Shown here piece after piece: positions 23,561 to 34,868 of a stretch of DNA of 64,000 bases. How positions within the stretch are numbered: position 1 is the stretch's first letter; the number at the start of each line of letters is the position of its first letter. The stretch is taken from assembly GCA_963796955.1 (NCBI GenBank), contig CAWCNJ010000005.1, positions 128,001 to 192,000 on the forward strand, in the 5' to 3' direction. Made by a program: the position numbers and the translations under genes. This DNA comes from Endomicrobiales bacterium (lineage in GTDB: Bacteria > Elusimicrobiota > Endomicrobiia > Endomicrobiales > JALOBY01). Under the pieces are notes generated by a model, which made no database searches, was not told the DNA's origin, and worked only from the letters and a program-made list of their open reading frames with translations.

Positions 23561-26410
23561 ATGACGATAAAAAACGACGTACATCCCTTGAATTTCAGTT
23601 TAACGCGCAGATCCTTCCTGAAGCTGGCGGGCGCGCAGCTGATGATGCTTTCCCTGGCCGGCTGTCTGGAACCGTTAAAAAAAATAGTACCCTTTGCCCG
23701 TTCCCCGAAGACCTGGTGCCCGGCAAGCCGCTGTTTTACGCGAGCACCCTCTCATACGAGGGTTTTGCCCGCGGGGTCCTGGTGGAAAGTCATCTGGGCA
23801 GGCCGACTAAACTGGAAGGGAATCCGCTGCACCCCGACAGCCTGGGCGCGAGCGATGCGATCACCCAGGCGGCGATCTATCAGTTGTACGATCCGACACG
23901 TTCAAGATTGGTGCTGAACAACGGTCTGCCTTCCTCATGGAGTCATTTCAATACGGCATTGAAAGCGCGCCTGGATAACCTGGCACTGCGGCAGGGTGAA
24001 GGTTTGCGCTTGCTTTCCCGCCCGATCATTTCTCCCTCGTTCGCCGCATTGCGCAGGCAGATCAGCGCGAAATTCCCGAAAGCGGTCTGGCATCAGTTCA
24101 GTCCTTTAGAACCCGGTCACGGGTCTCAGGCGCTGCTGGCGTTATACGGCCGGGCGGTGCAGCCGGTGTACGATCTGCGTAAGGCGAACGTCATCGTTGC
24201 CATTGAAAGCGATTTTCTCTCGCGCGGTCCCGGTGCCATTGCGTACGCGCGGGCGTTCGGCGAACGCAGGCAGACCGATCCCGCCCGGATAGACCTTAAC
24301 CGGCTCTATGCGCTGGAAGCAAGCCCGACGATCACCGGCGCAACGGCGGACCACCGCCTGCCGCTGCACCCGGCGGAAACAGTAATATTCACCTACGCGC
24401 TCTACGATCTGCTGCGGGGCGTAGAGAGCGGCCGCGAAAATTCTTTGACAGTCGAAAAAAAAGAATTTTTGCGAGCCCTGGCGCACGACCTGCGCGCGAA
24501 CCGCGGCCGCAGTCTGATCATCGCCGGGCCGGAGCAGTCCGCCTCTATCCATACCGTGACGGCGCTGCTTAACGACCTGCTCGGCAATACCGGCACGACG
24601 GTAACCTATGTGCCGGCACTGCAGGAATTCCCGGAGGCCTACGCCGATTCCATTGCGCAGCTTACTGTTGCTCTTAACAGCAACAGTGTCAGCGATCTGA
24701 TCATTCTCGATTGTAACGCGGCCTACAGCGCGCCAGGCTATCTTGCGTTCCCGCAGGCGTGCCGTAAGGCCCCGTTCATGTGCTATCTCGGTTCTTTCAA
24801 CGACGAAACCGCGCAGCAGGCGACTTGGCACATTCCCATGGCGGATGAACTGGAGTCCTGGGGCGACCTGCGGGCCTACGACGGCACGGTAAGCCTGCGC
24901 CAGCCGGCGATAGCGCCGCTCTACAACGGGATCAGCGACTACGAGCTGTGTCTGGCGGTGCTCGGCCGGAATCGGGAGCAGTATGATGAAGTGATACGGG
25001 ACTACTGGAAGGGGAAACGGGGCGGTTTGGATTTTGATGCCTTCTGGCATACCTCCGTGCAGGACGGCGTGATGGCGGGCACAGCCTTCCGTCCGGTAAC
25101 GGTAACGCAAAAACGAGCCGCGCCGGGAGAACCGGAAAAAATAACGCAAACGAAACCGGTGATGCAGATCCGGCCCGATCCCCGCATCCTTGACGGAAGA
25201 TTTTCCAATAACAGCTGGCTGCAGGAATTACCGAAGCCTGTTACGCAATTAACCTGGGGCAACGCTGCGCTGCTGGCGCCGCCCACCGCCGAAAAGATGC
25301 GGTTGGCTGACGGAGACGTCGTACGAATAGCGGCAGGCACCGCCACCGTAGAGGCGCCGGTCTGCATTGTTCCCGGCCAGGCCGCCGGTGTGTTGACGGT
25401 CCACCTGGGCTACGGCACAACGCGCGCGGGTAACGGTCTCGGTCTTGGTTTTAACGCCTCCATGTTGCAAAACGCCGGCCGGCTATGGCTGTCGGAAGAT
25501 ATCACCATAACGAAAACCGTCAAAAAAGAGCCGCTTGCCGTGACTCAGCATGACGGCACGTTGAACGACGATCGCCAGTTGCTGCGCCACGGTGATGTTG
25601 CACGATATATACGCGATCCCCAATTTGCGCGCGATGCCGTCCGCGCTCCCCAGGATCGGGAAACGCTCTACAAGCCGCAGGAGCATCTGGGCGGCACATA
25701 TCAATGGGCCATGTGCATAGACATCAGCAAATGTACGGGTTGCGGCGCCTGCACCATGGCTTGCCAGGTGGAGAACAATATCGCTGTCGTCGGAAAAAGA
25801 GAGGTTATACGGAACCGGCAGATGCACTGGATCCGCGTAGACCGCTATTTTTCCGGTTCCGGCGCCGCTCCGGAGATCTATCATCAGCCCGTGCCCTGTA
25901 TGCACTGCGAGGACGCGCCCTGCGAGCTGGTATGTCCGGTGGAAGCCACCAGCCACAGCCAGGAAGGCCTCAATGAAATGACCTACAACCGCTGTATCGG
26001 CACCCGGTATTGTTCCAACAACTGCCCCTACAAGGTGCGCCGCTTCAATTTTTTCGACTACAACAAACTTGCGCCGTCGCAATTGCAGGGCAAGAACCCG
26101 GATGTTACCATCCGGTCCCGCGGCATAATGGAAAAATGCACCTACTGTCTGCAACGGATCAATAAGGCGCGTATCACGGCGAAAAAGGAAGGCCGCAGGA
26201 TCCGCGACGGGGAAGTCGTGACCGCCTGCCAGCAGGCCTGCCCGACGGGCGCGATATTTTTCGGCGATATACGCGATAAGGGTTCACAGGTGAACCGTAA
26301 ACGGGCGCAGCCGTTGAATTACGCAATGATGGCAGAGACGGGGGTCCGCCCGCAGGACAACCTACCTTGCCTGCATCAGGAACCCGAACAGGGATATTAC
26401 AAAAGGATAG
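23561..26410 (+). CDS. actB: ACIII molybdopterin-fold/Fe-S subunit (frameshifts near 23705 and 26352)
   Basis: Tat motif [25 protein letters not shown]; Fe-S cysteine motifs CTGCGAC, CMHC, CIGTRYC and KCTYC. Confidence 0.9.
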
Positions 26411-26414
26411 CGGC

Positions 26415-27782
26415 ATGATGGAGTCGGCAGAGAAATTAATCACCGGTAAAGCAACGTTCGAGAGCATCGCGCGCCAGATCGTGAGCATCCCCCTCGAACG
26501 CGGGTTCAGCGCGCAGTTGTTGTTCGTCCTGTCGGGCGCCTTCGTCTTGTTCTTTATACTGGGCATCGCGATCATCTGGCTGCTGATAAAGGGCGTCGGC
26601 ATCTGGGGCGTGAATATTCCCGTCGCCTGGGGCTTTGCCATCGTCAATTTCGTCTGGTGGATCGGTATCGGCCACGCGGGCACGTTCATCTCCGCTTTCC
26701 TGGTGCTGCTGCATCAGGAATGGCGCGCCTCCATAAATCGTTTCGCCGAAACGATAACCTTGTTCGCGGTGATATGCGCCGGCCTGTTCCCGCTGCTGCA
26801 TCTTGGCCGGCCGCGGTTCTTTTACTGGCTGGTGCCCTATCCCAACAGCATGTGGTTGTGGCCGCAGTTCCGCAGCGCGCTGGTGTGGGATTTTTTCGCG
26901 GTCTCCACCTACTTTACCGTCTCATTATTGTTCTGGTACACGGGCCTTATACCGGATCTGGCGCTTGCGCGCGACCAGGCGCGGGATGGGTGGCTGAAGC
27001 GGTTTTACGCCCTGTAAGCCTCGGCTGGCGCGGGGCGGGCAGGCACTGGCAGCGTTATCAGAAATTGTACTTGCTGTTAGCGGGCCTTGCGACGCCGCTG
27101 GTGGTCTCGGTGCACACGGTGGTCAGCTTTGATTTCGCCGACCGCTATTTTGCCGGGCTGGCATTCCACCATATTCCCGCCGTACTTCGTTGCAGGAGCG
27201 TTGTTTTCCGGTTTTGCCATGGTGCTTACGCTGATGCTGCCGATACGCCGGCTCTACGGTCTGGAGAATATTATAACCGACGTGCACCTGGACCGCATCA
27301 GCCAGTTGATGCTGGCAACGGGGACCATCGTCGGTTACGGCTATGTGATGGAAACCTTCATCTCCTGGTACAGCGGCAATCTGGGCGAGTGGTTCCACAC
27401 GCAAAACCAATTGCTCGGGCCCTACGGCTATATATTCATGATCGTGCTGCTGTGCAACGTCGTCTCAATCCAGGTGTTGTGGTCGCACCGCGCCAGAAGA
27501 AGCCCGCTGCTGTTATTCATTCTCTCGATAATTATCAACATCGGCATGTGGTCGGAACGGTTCATGATCGTCATAGTAAGCCTGCACCGGGCCAAGATAC
27601 CGTCGAAGTGGGCCATGTATTACCCGACGGTCTGGGATTGGGCGACGGCGCTTGGTTCCATGGGGCTGTTCCTGCTGGGCTTCCTGTTGTTTTTTCGGGC
27701 CTTCCCCATGATAGCCAGTTTTGAGGTTAACCAGCTTGTATCGAAGGACAAGGAGAAGAACGATGGATCAGCGGCACCATAA
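26415..27782 (+). CDS. actC: ACIII NrfD/PsrC-type quinol-binding subunit (frameshifts near 27013 and 27140)
   Basis: [34 protein letters not shown] and [16 protein letters not shown]. Confidence 0.9.
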
Positions 27783-28314
27783 GACTGAAAATATCTACGG
27801 GGTGAGCGCGCGCTACGGCAGCAATGAGGAATTGCTGAACGGCGTACGGCTTACCGTTGCGGCCGGCTACCGCCGTTTCGAAACGTATTCTCCTTTTCCC
27901 TCACCGGGCATGGCGCAGGCCGCGCGGTACCGGCCCACGCGTATCCAGTGGGCCGTTTTTTTCGGCGGCCTGGCCGGCGGGATCGGCGGTTTTTTTATGC
28001 AGTATTACGCCTTTGTTATAGCGTATCCGCTGGATATCGGCGGCAGGCCTTTCAACAGCTGGCCGGCTTTTGTGCCGATAACCTTTGAAATGACCATCCT
28101 GTTCGCCGCGTTGAGCGGTTTTGCGGCCTTGCTGCTGGGATGTCGTCTGCCGCAGGTGTACCACCCGATGTTCAACGTGCCCGGTTTTGACCGTGCGACG
28201 ATGGATTCTTTTTTTCTCTGTATCAAAGCGACTGACGACAAATTTGAAGAAACCGAAGCGCATCTGTTCTTAAAAAGGACGAACCCGCATGATCAATATA
28301 CGGTCACTCAATAA
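27763..28314 (+). CDS. actD: ACIII subunit D (DUF3341)
   Basis: YSPFP, GGRP.NSWPAFVPITFE and LPQVYHP. Confidence 0.9.
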   Translation: MDQRHHKTENIYGVSARYGSNEELLNGVRLTVAAGYRRFETYSPFPSPGMAQAARYRPTRIQWAVFFGGLAGGIGGFFMQYYAFVIAYPLDIGGRPFNSWPAFVPITFEMTILFAALSGFAALLLGCRLPQVYHPMFNVPGFDRATMDSFFLCIKATDDKFEETEAHLFLKRTNPHDQYTVTQ

Positions 28315-28768
28315 CTACCTTCCGGCGTTGTGCCTCCTGCTGCTCTTCGCCGGCTGCCAGAGAAAGCTGGCATACGAAGGCAAAATAAAACCGCTGGAAG
28401 GCGACGCCTTTTTTGCCGACGGAAGCTCTGCTAGAATGCCGGTGAAGGGTACCGTCCCGCGGGGAAGGATCGGAACACCCGCGGCGTCTGGCAAAGAGCT
28501 CATTGACCTCGGGAAGCGTCAGTACGGGATCTATTGTTCTATTTGTCACGGTCCGCGCGGCGCGGGTGACGGCATGGTCGTGCGCAGAGGTTTTACCAGG
28601 CCGCGCTCGTTCCTGCTGCCCGAACTGCGTAATGAGCCGCCGACCTATTACGTCCTGGTCATGGAACGCGGCTATAAGACCATGGATACGTTCCGCGATC
28701 TGGTGGACGCGCGCGGCAGGTTCGCGGTAGCGCGCTACATAAAAGATGTTTTGCAAAAGGAGCAGTAA
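28289..28768 (+). CDS. actE: ACIII monohaem cytochrome c lipoprotein
   Basis: Lipobox LFAGC, FADG..AR.PV.GTVPRG, CSICH. Confidence 0.88.
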   Translation: MINIRSLNNYLPALCLLLLFAGCQRKLAYEGKIKPLEGDAFFADGSSARMPVKGTVPRGRIGTPAASGKELIDLGKRQYGIYCSICHGPRGAGDGMVVRRGFTRPRSFLLPELRNEPPTYYVLVMERGYKTMDTFRDLVDARGRFAVARYIKDVLQKEQ

Positions 28769-29758
28769 ATGTTCTCTTTTCAAACTTTTATCGAAGGATA
28801 TTTTTTCGGCGCGCTGGCGGCGGTCAGCCTGCCTATAGGTGCCCTGGGCTTGCGGCTGCTGCATGCGCTGACCGGCGGCAAATGGGCCGGGCCGATAGAA
28901 AAGTATTACATCGCTGCCAGCCGCCTGATGCCGCTGGCTCTGCTTATCTGGGTACCCGTCATGGTTTGGGCGGCTCGCATATACACCTGGGCTCAGCCTG
29001 CCGCGGTAGCCGCCGATCCTCTGCTTATGCACAAAGCGGTCTATCTTAACGCCGGCTTTTTCAGCCTGCGCGCGATAGCGTATTTTGTCCTCTGGACGTT
29101 CTCGGTCTGGTGGTTGGATCGTGGTGAGCGGAAGAAAAATCTCTCAGGCCTGTTGAGCGTTGTGTATCTGCTCAGCGGTTCCTTTGCCGCTATTGATTGG
29201 GTCATGTCCCTTATGCCGCACTGGTACTCCACTATTTTCAGCTCCCTGGTACTTAACGGGCAGTTGTTGTTCGCCTATTGTTTCTCGCTGATGTGGAGCG
29301 GCTTTACCGCCGCGCCAAATGATATAGCTCTGAAAGGGGAAACCTATATCGACGAAGGTAATCTGCTTATGGCGCTGCTGATCTTCTGGGCGTATCTGGC
29401 CTTCTCGCAGCTGCTGATAATCTGGATGGGCAACGAGCCTGAGGAAATATCCTGGTACCTGATCCATATGGGCAACGGCTGGAAATTCATGGCCCCGTTG
29501 ATGGCGCTTGGCCAGCTGTTCGTTCCCTTCTTTCTGCTGCTCAGAAGGTCCTGGAAAGCGAATCCATTCTTTTTGGCCATGGTGGCGCTGCTGATCGTGC
29601 TGATGCGGTTTTGTGACATGGCCTGGAGTGTCTTCAGCAGTCTCGGCAGAGCGGTGAACGCCGTGTCGTTCCTGCACGTATTCGCCGCGGCAATGATATT
29701 TACCGTATACCTTTACGTTTGGCGCAGTCAGGTGCACAAGCCGGGGAGGGATGCATGA
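28769..29758 (+). CDS. actF: ACIII membrane subunit F
   Basis: YLNAGFF..R, DWVMSL.PHWYST and WAYLAFSQ..IIW.GN.PEE. Confidence 0.9.
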   Translation: MFSFQTFIEGYFFGALAAVSLPIGALGLRLLHALTGGKWAGPIEKYYIAASRLMPLALLIWVPVMVWAARIYTWAQPAAVAADPLLMHKAVYLNAGFFSLRAIAYFVLWTFSVWWLDRGERKKNLSGLLSVVYLLSGSFAAIDWVMSLMPHWYSTIFSSLVLNGQLLFAYCFSLMWSGFTAAPNDIALKGETYIDEGNLLMALLIFWAYLAFSQLLIIWMGNEPEEISWYLIHMGNGWKFMAPLMALGQLFVPFFLLLRRSWKANPFFLAMVALLIVLMRFCDMAWSVFSSLGRAVNAVSFLHVFAAAMIFTVYLYVWRSQVHKPGRDA

Positions 29759-31116
29759 ATTTTCCACCATTCCTGATGCCGTATCTCGGTAACGGTATGG
29801 TGATCGGCCTGAACGCGGTCATTCACGTCTTGATCAGCCACGGCATCGCGGTAGGCGCTTTCGCAATGATGATCCTCGGCGAGAGCAAATTCGGCGGCTT
29901 TCTCAGCGGCATGCCGGCATTTCCCGGCTGGCGGGAATTCAATAAAGGCTTCCTGCGCTTTATCGTCTTTTCCATTACGATCGTGGGCCCGGTCACGGGC
30001 GCAGGTATCTGGTTCACCATAATGACGCTCGCTTCGGCCGGGCAGGGGCACATGGTGCGGGTCTTTTTCTGGATATGGTTCTTCGAGTATATTATATTTT
30101 TCGCCGAGGTCGTGGTCTTGCTGTTATTATATTTCCAATGGGACAAACTCTGGGAACGCAATAAGGGCGGTTTGGTAAAGCTCGGTGTTATCTATTCTCT
30201 GCTGGCGATAACCTCGGCGGTAAGCATTTCTGCGATCCTTGCCTTCATGCTGACGCCGGGCGCCTGGGTGCAAACCGGCAGTGTATGGGACGCCGTATTG
30301 AATCCTTCGTTCCTGCCGCAGGCGTTTTCCCGTGTGTCGTTCTCGTTCGTTCTCGGCTCCCTTATCGCGATGGCCGCCGTTGCGCTGCGGGGCCATATTT
30401 CCTTTCGACAAGCGGCGTCGCAGTTGTACGGGCGGGTGCTGCTGGTTTCGACGATCTCGTTCGCCCTCAGCCTGCTGGTCTATCTCTACATTATCCCACG
30501 CGCCTTCGCCACACAGATCTCTTTCGCGGTATTGTCGTCTCATTTTTCCCGGTATCCCACGCTGTTGAGTTTCGCGAACATGGTATTTTTCGCAACGCTC
30601 ATCGCCTGCGCTGTCGCCGCGCGGACGTGCAATCGTACATCGCGGGCGTTGATCATTCCCGCATTGCTTTCTATCGTCGTGCTGGTGATCCAGTTCGAAC
30701 GTGTGCGCGAATTTATCCGCGGCCCCTACCTGATGCCCGGCCACATGTACGCCAACGGCCTGACCCTGGAAGAAATGCCGTTCTTGAAAGAGCATGGCCT
30801 GGCCGCGGCGAGCCCGTGGTACCTTTCAGTGTACCCGAAAGACGAGCTCAGCCACGGCGCTTTCATCTTCGCCCAAAACTGCGCTATCTGCCATACGGTC
30901 GGCGGCCTCAACAATATCCGTTCCCGCTTGAAAGGCAGAACCATCGACGGCATTTACGTGATCATCGGTAACATCCATGAAATGGTGCCGTTCATGCCGC
31001 CGTTCGCCGGCAGCCACACCGAGCGCCGCACGCTCGCCGTATATCTGGACAGGGTTAACCGCGAAGGTGTGCGGTTCAGATCCATCACGCGCGCGGTGCT
31101 GGAGCCGTTCCAATGA
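29755..31116 (+). CDS. Cytochrome bd subunit I-like membrane protein with C-terminal monohaem cytochrome c
   Basis: HVLISH in TM1, TGAGIWF, FEY..FFAE, NPSF and EFIRGPY resembling CydA landmarks; CAICH and a distal M (MPPF). Confidence 0.7.
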   Translation: MNFPPFLMPYLGNGMVIGLNAVIHVLISHGIAVGAFAMMILGESKFGGFLSGMPAFPGWREFNKGFLRFIVFSITIVGPVTGAGIWFTIMTLASAGQGHMVRVFFWIWFFEYIIFFAEVVVLLLLYFQWDKLWERNKGGLVKLGVIYSLLAITSAVSISAILAFMLTPGAWVQTGSVWDAVLNPSFLPQAFSRVSFSFVLGSLIAMAAVALRGHISFRQAASQLYGRVLLVSTISFALSLLVYLYIIPRAFATQISFAVLSSHFSRYPTLLSFANMVFFATLIACAVAARTCNRTSRALIIPALLSIVVLVIQFERVREFIRGPYLMPGHMYANGLTLEEMPFLKEHGLAAASPWYLSVYPKDELSHGAFIFAQNCAICHTVGGLNNIRSRLKGRTIDGIYVIIGNIHEMVPFMPPFAGSHTERRTLAVYLDRVNREGVRFRSITRAVLEPFQ

Positions 31117-32711
31117 ATTCCCTCTTCGATCTTTCACTACCGCGGCCGTTTCCCGGCGCCTTTTATCAGCCGGTGGAATTCTTCTTTTTCGTGCTCCATT
31201 TTTTCTTCGTGCTCTTAACGGTGGGCAGCGCCTTCTTCGCGGTATCGGCCATGTGCCGCAGAAGGTACCAGGGCCGCGCACCCTCCAACAGTGCGAAGGC
31301 AGAACAGCCCATGGCTCTGCTGCCCGTCTATTTTGCCGCCAAAAGCCTTATGATCAGTTTCGGTATCGCGGTGCTGCTGTTCGTCGCTGCCTATTACTCC
31401 GTGCCCTTTACGGGTGCCGCCAACCTCAACGGCGGTTTCTGGATGGCGATCATCGTGCTATTGAGCCTGGCCCTGATATTGCTGGAAGCCGTCGACCGGG
31501 ACAAGCAAACCGCAACGCGCAAAATATATCTGTGGACGGCGATCATGGGCTTGGCGCTGCTGCTGGTGGTGCCGGCGATCTTCGTGGCCTTCGTGGTAAG
31601 CGCGGAAAATCCCGGCCGCTGGCCCGAAATATTCCGGCACGGTCTGCTGTTCACACCGCTGTTCCCGCACTGGCTGGCGCGGCTGCTGCACGTGTACGGC
31701 GGCGCCGTCGTGACGGCGGGTCTGTTCTTTCAGATCTATGCCGCCTGGACCGGGAAAAAGTCTCCTGTGGAGCCGGATCTGGTGTTCGCGGCCGTTATGG
31801 TCCAGATCGTGCTCGGCATCATGCTGTACATGTCCATGCCGTCGACGCCGGGCATCGTCATGAACATATTTGTCGTCGCGGGCGCGGCGGCGGCGGTGTG
31901 GCTCGGCTGGCTTATGTACGCCAGGAAGCCAACTGCGGACGGAAAATATCTTTTATCGGCGTCGCTGGCGCTGATACTGCTGCCCATGCTGCTGGCACGA
32001 CAGGTCAATCAGGAAGCGGCGCTCGCCCCGTTCAGTAAGGTTTTGGCCGCGAACCTGCGCGTCCGGCAGGCGGAGATAAAACAATTTCAGGTCCCGGGGG
32101 AAAACCCGTACCTGAGCGAAAAGTATGATGCCTACGATCTGCCACAATTCATATTTCAGCGCAGCTGTGCCTTCTGCCATGGGGGCGTCGGCAACGGGCA
32201 GGGCAGGGAAGCGGCTGAACTGCGAACACCGCCGGCCGACCTTACAAAACTGCGCACCAGGCCTGCCGATATCATGAAGGTGCTGCAGCGCGGCGTGCCC
32301 GGTTCGGCGATGCCGTACTTCAGCATCTATACCGGCCGCGCGCTAAAAGGACTTATCGGGTATCTCTACAGCTATGTCGGCGTAAGAGAAGAGCTGGAGC
32401 CCGTTGCCGCCGCCACCACGCCCGGCGAAGAACGGGAAGCGGCCCGCGTATACACGACCGTCTGCGCCGCCTGCCATGGTGGTGATGGAACGGTCTCCCC
32501 GCAGGGCCGGCTGCTGCAGCCTGAGCCGCATAATATGACCGTATGGGAGCTGCAGCCGCAAGCGGCATGTAAGGCATTAACAGAAGGCATCCGCGGCAGC
32601 GCGATGAGCGGTTATCCAAACCTGCCGGCGGGGGTGCGCTGGGCGCTGGTGAAACAGACGAATGCTTTTTACCGGTACCGGACGGTAAAAACACCATTGA
32701 AAAGTCAGTAA
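31113..32711 (+). CDS. Second CydA-like membrane protein with a dihaem cytochrome c C-terminus
   Basis: LHFFFVLLTVG and RLLHVYGGA resemble the CydA His-ligand helices; CAFCH and CAACH, each followed by GSAM. Confidence 0.65.
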   Translation: MNSLFDLSLPRPFPGAFYQPVEFFFFVLHFFFVLLTVGSAFFAVSAMCRRRYQGRAPSNSAKAEQPMALLPVYFAAKSLMISFGIAVLLFVAAYYSVPFTGAANLNGGFWMAIIVLLSLALILLEAVDRDKQTATRKIYLWTAIMGLALLLVVPAIFVAFVVSAENPGRWPEIFRHGLLFTPLFPHWLARLLHVYGGAVVTAGLFFQIYAAWTGKKSPVEPDLVFAAVMVQIVLGIMLYMSMPSTPGIVMNIFVVAGAAAAVWLGWLMYARKPTADGKYLLSASLALILLPMLLARQVNQEAALAPFSKVLAANLRVRQAEIKQFQVPGENPYLSEKYDAYDLPQFIFQRSCAFCHGGVGNGQGREAAELRTPPADLTKLRTRPADIMKVLQRGVPGSAMPYFSIYTGRALKGLIGYLYSYVGVREELEPVAAATTPGEEREAARVYTTVCAACHGGDGTVSPQGRLLQPEPHNMTVWELQPQAACKALTEGIRGSAMSGYPNLPAGVRWALVKQTNAFYRYRTVKTPLKSQ

Positions 32712-32797
32712 CAGGCGGAAGACGGTCAAGCTGCGGTAAGACACAAATTTGTAGAATCAGCACTGTTGAACGCAGGGCGCTATCAGGAGAGAGAAAA

Positions 32798-33940
32798 ATG
32801 AACGTCATTATCGTCGGCGCCGGTTTCGCCGGCATACAAGCCGCACACAGCCTGCGCTCACTGAAAAAAAAATATCCTGACGCCTCTGTGGCCGTGTACG
32901 ATACTAACCCCTATACTACTATGCTGCCCGCCCTGCCCGAGATCGTGAGCGGGGCTATGGGCTCCGCCTGCGCTGTCGGGGCGATACCGGCGCTGCTGCC
33001 CCCGGGCGTGGCATTCCGGCGGGAAACCATAACCCGCATTGATCTTCACAAACGCACCGTTTTCACCGCCGCCTCAACGGAACAATATGACCGTCTGGTG
33101 CTGGCCTGCGGTTCTTCAAAGGCCGATCTTCACGGCTTCGATCAGTCTGTGGCGAGCGTGCACACGCTGGATAGTTTGGAAAGCGCTTTCCGTATGGGCT
33201 GCGCCCTGGGCGAATACCTTACCAGGGCCGCCAGTCCCGTCTGTATCATAGCGGGCGGCAGCTATACCGGTGTTGAGCTGGCCTGCGCCGTCTACCGGCT
33301 CGGGCTGCGGTGCGGGAAACCCATAGAACTGGTCATCGTTGAAGCGGGTTCCGAGCTGCTGAGCCTGCTGGATGCAAAAACCAGGCAGATCACGAACGAA
33401 CACATTAAAGGTTTGGGTTTTAAGACGATAACCTCAGCTCGCGTAGCCGCATTCAACGGAACGGACGTCGGGCTGTCGACCGGCGAACTGTATAAAAACG
33501 CCTTCCTCTGCTGGTGCGCCGGCACCAAGCGGGCCATTGAAGATATTCAGGGAGATTTTGAAAGTCTGCCCGATAAGCGCATCAAGGTCAATGAGTTCCT
33601 GCAGCTGGCGAACCACCCCGATGTTTTCGTACCGCCCGACACCGGCGCCGTGCTGCATAAGGGCGCCTATCTGCGCAAAGCGGTCAATTTCGCTTTTTAC
33701 GGCGGAAAATGCGCGGGCGACAATATTCTCAGGAGCATCGGTCGCCGGGCGTTAAGAAAATTCGTCCCGATGGACCTGGGCGAAGTATTGCCGCTATACC
33801 AGACCAGCGCCGGCAGGGTGCTTGGGTTCCTCACCGGAACAACAGGCTTACGGCTTCACTATTTTATGACAGGGTACCGAAACTATAACGCCGCGAACCG
33901 GCTTGCGTTCTTCTCCCGCGCGCTCGCACCGTTCGACTAG
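32798..33940 (+). CDS. Type II NADH:quinone oxidoreductase-like flavoprotein
   Basis: GAGFAG FAD motif; second motif GGSYTGVE; LVLACGS. Confidence 0.75.
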   Translation: MNVIIVGAGFAGIQAAHSLRSLKKKYPDASVAVYDTNPYTTMLPALPEIVSGAMGSACAVGAIPALLPPGVAFRRETITRIDLHKRTVFTAASTEQYDRLVLACGSSKADLHGFDQSVASVHTLDSLESAFRMGCALGEYLTRAASPVCIIAGGSYTGVELACAVYRLGLRCGKPIELVIVEAGSELLSLLDAKTRQITNEHIKGLGFKTITSARVAAFNGTDVGLSTGELYKNAFLCWCAGTKRAIEDIQGDFESLPDKRIKVNEFLQLANHPDVFVPPDTGAVLHKGAYLRKAVNFAFYGGKCAGDNILRSIGRRALRKFVPMDLGEVLPLYQTSAGRVLGFLTGTTGLRLHYFMTGYRNYNAANRLAFFSRALAPFD

Positions 33941-33949
33941 GAGTCTACA

Positions 33950-34867
33950 ATGACACAAACGTTTCCCCGCAGTAAAACAGAAATATGGCTGCAGGAGCTG
34001 CGGCTGCCGTTTTTGGTCGTCACGCTGCTGCCGGTATTGTTCGGGGCGGTCGTCGCCTGGGCCTCGCACATCCATTTGAATATGCCCGTCTTCGTGATAG
34101 CGGCCTGTGCCGCGGTATGCGTACATCTGGGAGCGAACGTTATTAATGATTATTTCGACCACCGCAACGGCACCGACGCGGTGAATGTGGAATACGTGCG
34201 CGGTTTTACCGGCGGCTCCAGGGCCATACAGGACGGCGCCCTCACGCAGGGGGAAGTGCTTGCCGGGGCGGTCGCATGCTTCTCAATGGCAGCTTTCATG
34301 ACCGCTTATCTCGGCGCCCGTTTCGGTCTGCCGATATTGTTCATGGGCATGGCGGGCCTGGCCGCAGCTATAACGTATTCCATGTTCCTGCATTCATTAT
34401 TGGTCGGCGAGCTGATGGTGGGCCTCTGTTTCGGCACGCTGCTGCCGGCGGGAAGTTTTTATCTGCAGGCGGGTTTTATAAGCAGGGAAGTATTGTACAC
34501 CTCTATCCCTATGGGCCTGCTGGTCTTCCTGATCCTGCTGATCAACGAGATCCCGGACCATACCGCCGATAAAGCAAGCAACAAAAAGACGCTGGCGGTA
34601 CGGCTGGGCAGAAAAGGCGCTGCGCTGCTGTATGTGGCCACGCTCGCGTTCGTCTACGTCTATATGATCGCTATAGCGCTGGTGCTGCGCACCCCGATAC
34701 CGTTTATCTCGCTCTTTACGGTGCCGGTAGCCTTCAGGTCTTGCGTGCATCTGTTGAAATATTATGACGTTCCCATCCGTCTCAGGTCCAGTATCGTCGC
34801 GACCATTCTGCTGTTCGCCGTCAACAGCCTGGTGCTGCTGAGCGCGTATATCGTACGGGGTATCTGA
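33950..34867 (+). CDS. menA: MenA/UbiA-family prenyltransferase
   Basis: NDYFD..GTD, GGSR and NEIPD..AD....K.TLAVRLG. Confidence 0.8.
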   Translation: MTQTFPRSKTEIWLQELRLPFLVVTLLPVLFGAVVAWASHIHLNMPVFVIAACAAVCVHLGANVINDYFDHRNGTDAVNVEYVRGFTGGSRAIQDGALTQGEVLAGAVACFSMAAFMTAYLGARFGLPILFMGMAGLAAAITYSMFLHSLLVGELMVGLCFGTLLPAGSFYLQAGFISREVLYTSIPMGLLVFLILLINEIPDHTADKASNKKTLAVRLGRKGAALLYVATLAFVYVYMIAIALVLRTPIPFISLFTVPVAFRSCVHLLKYYDVPIRLRSSIVATILLFAVNSLVLLSAYIVRGI

Positions 34868-34868
34868 T

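Noticed and set aside
23561..26410. Catalytic molybdoenzyme (nitrate or polysulfide reductase)
   Set aside because: Context and the fused Fe-S domain identify ActB, which is not known to bind a molybdenum cofactor
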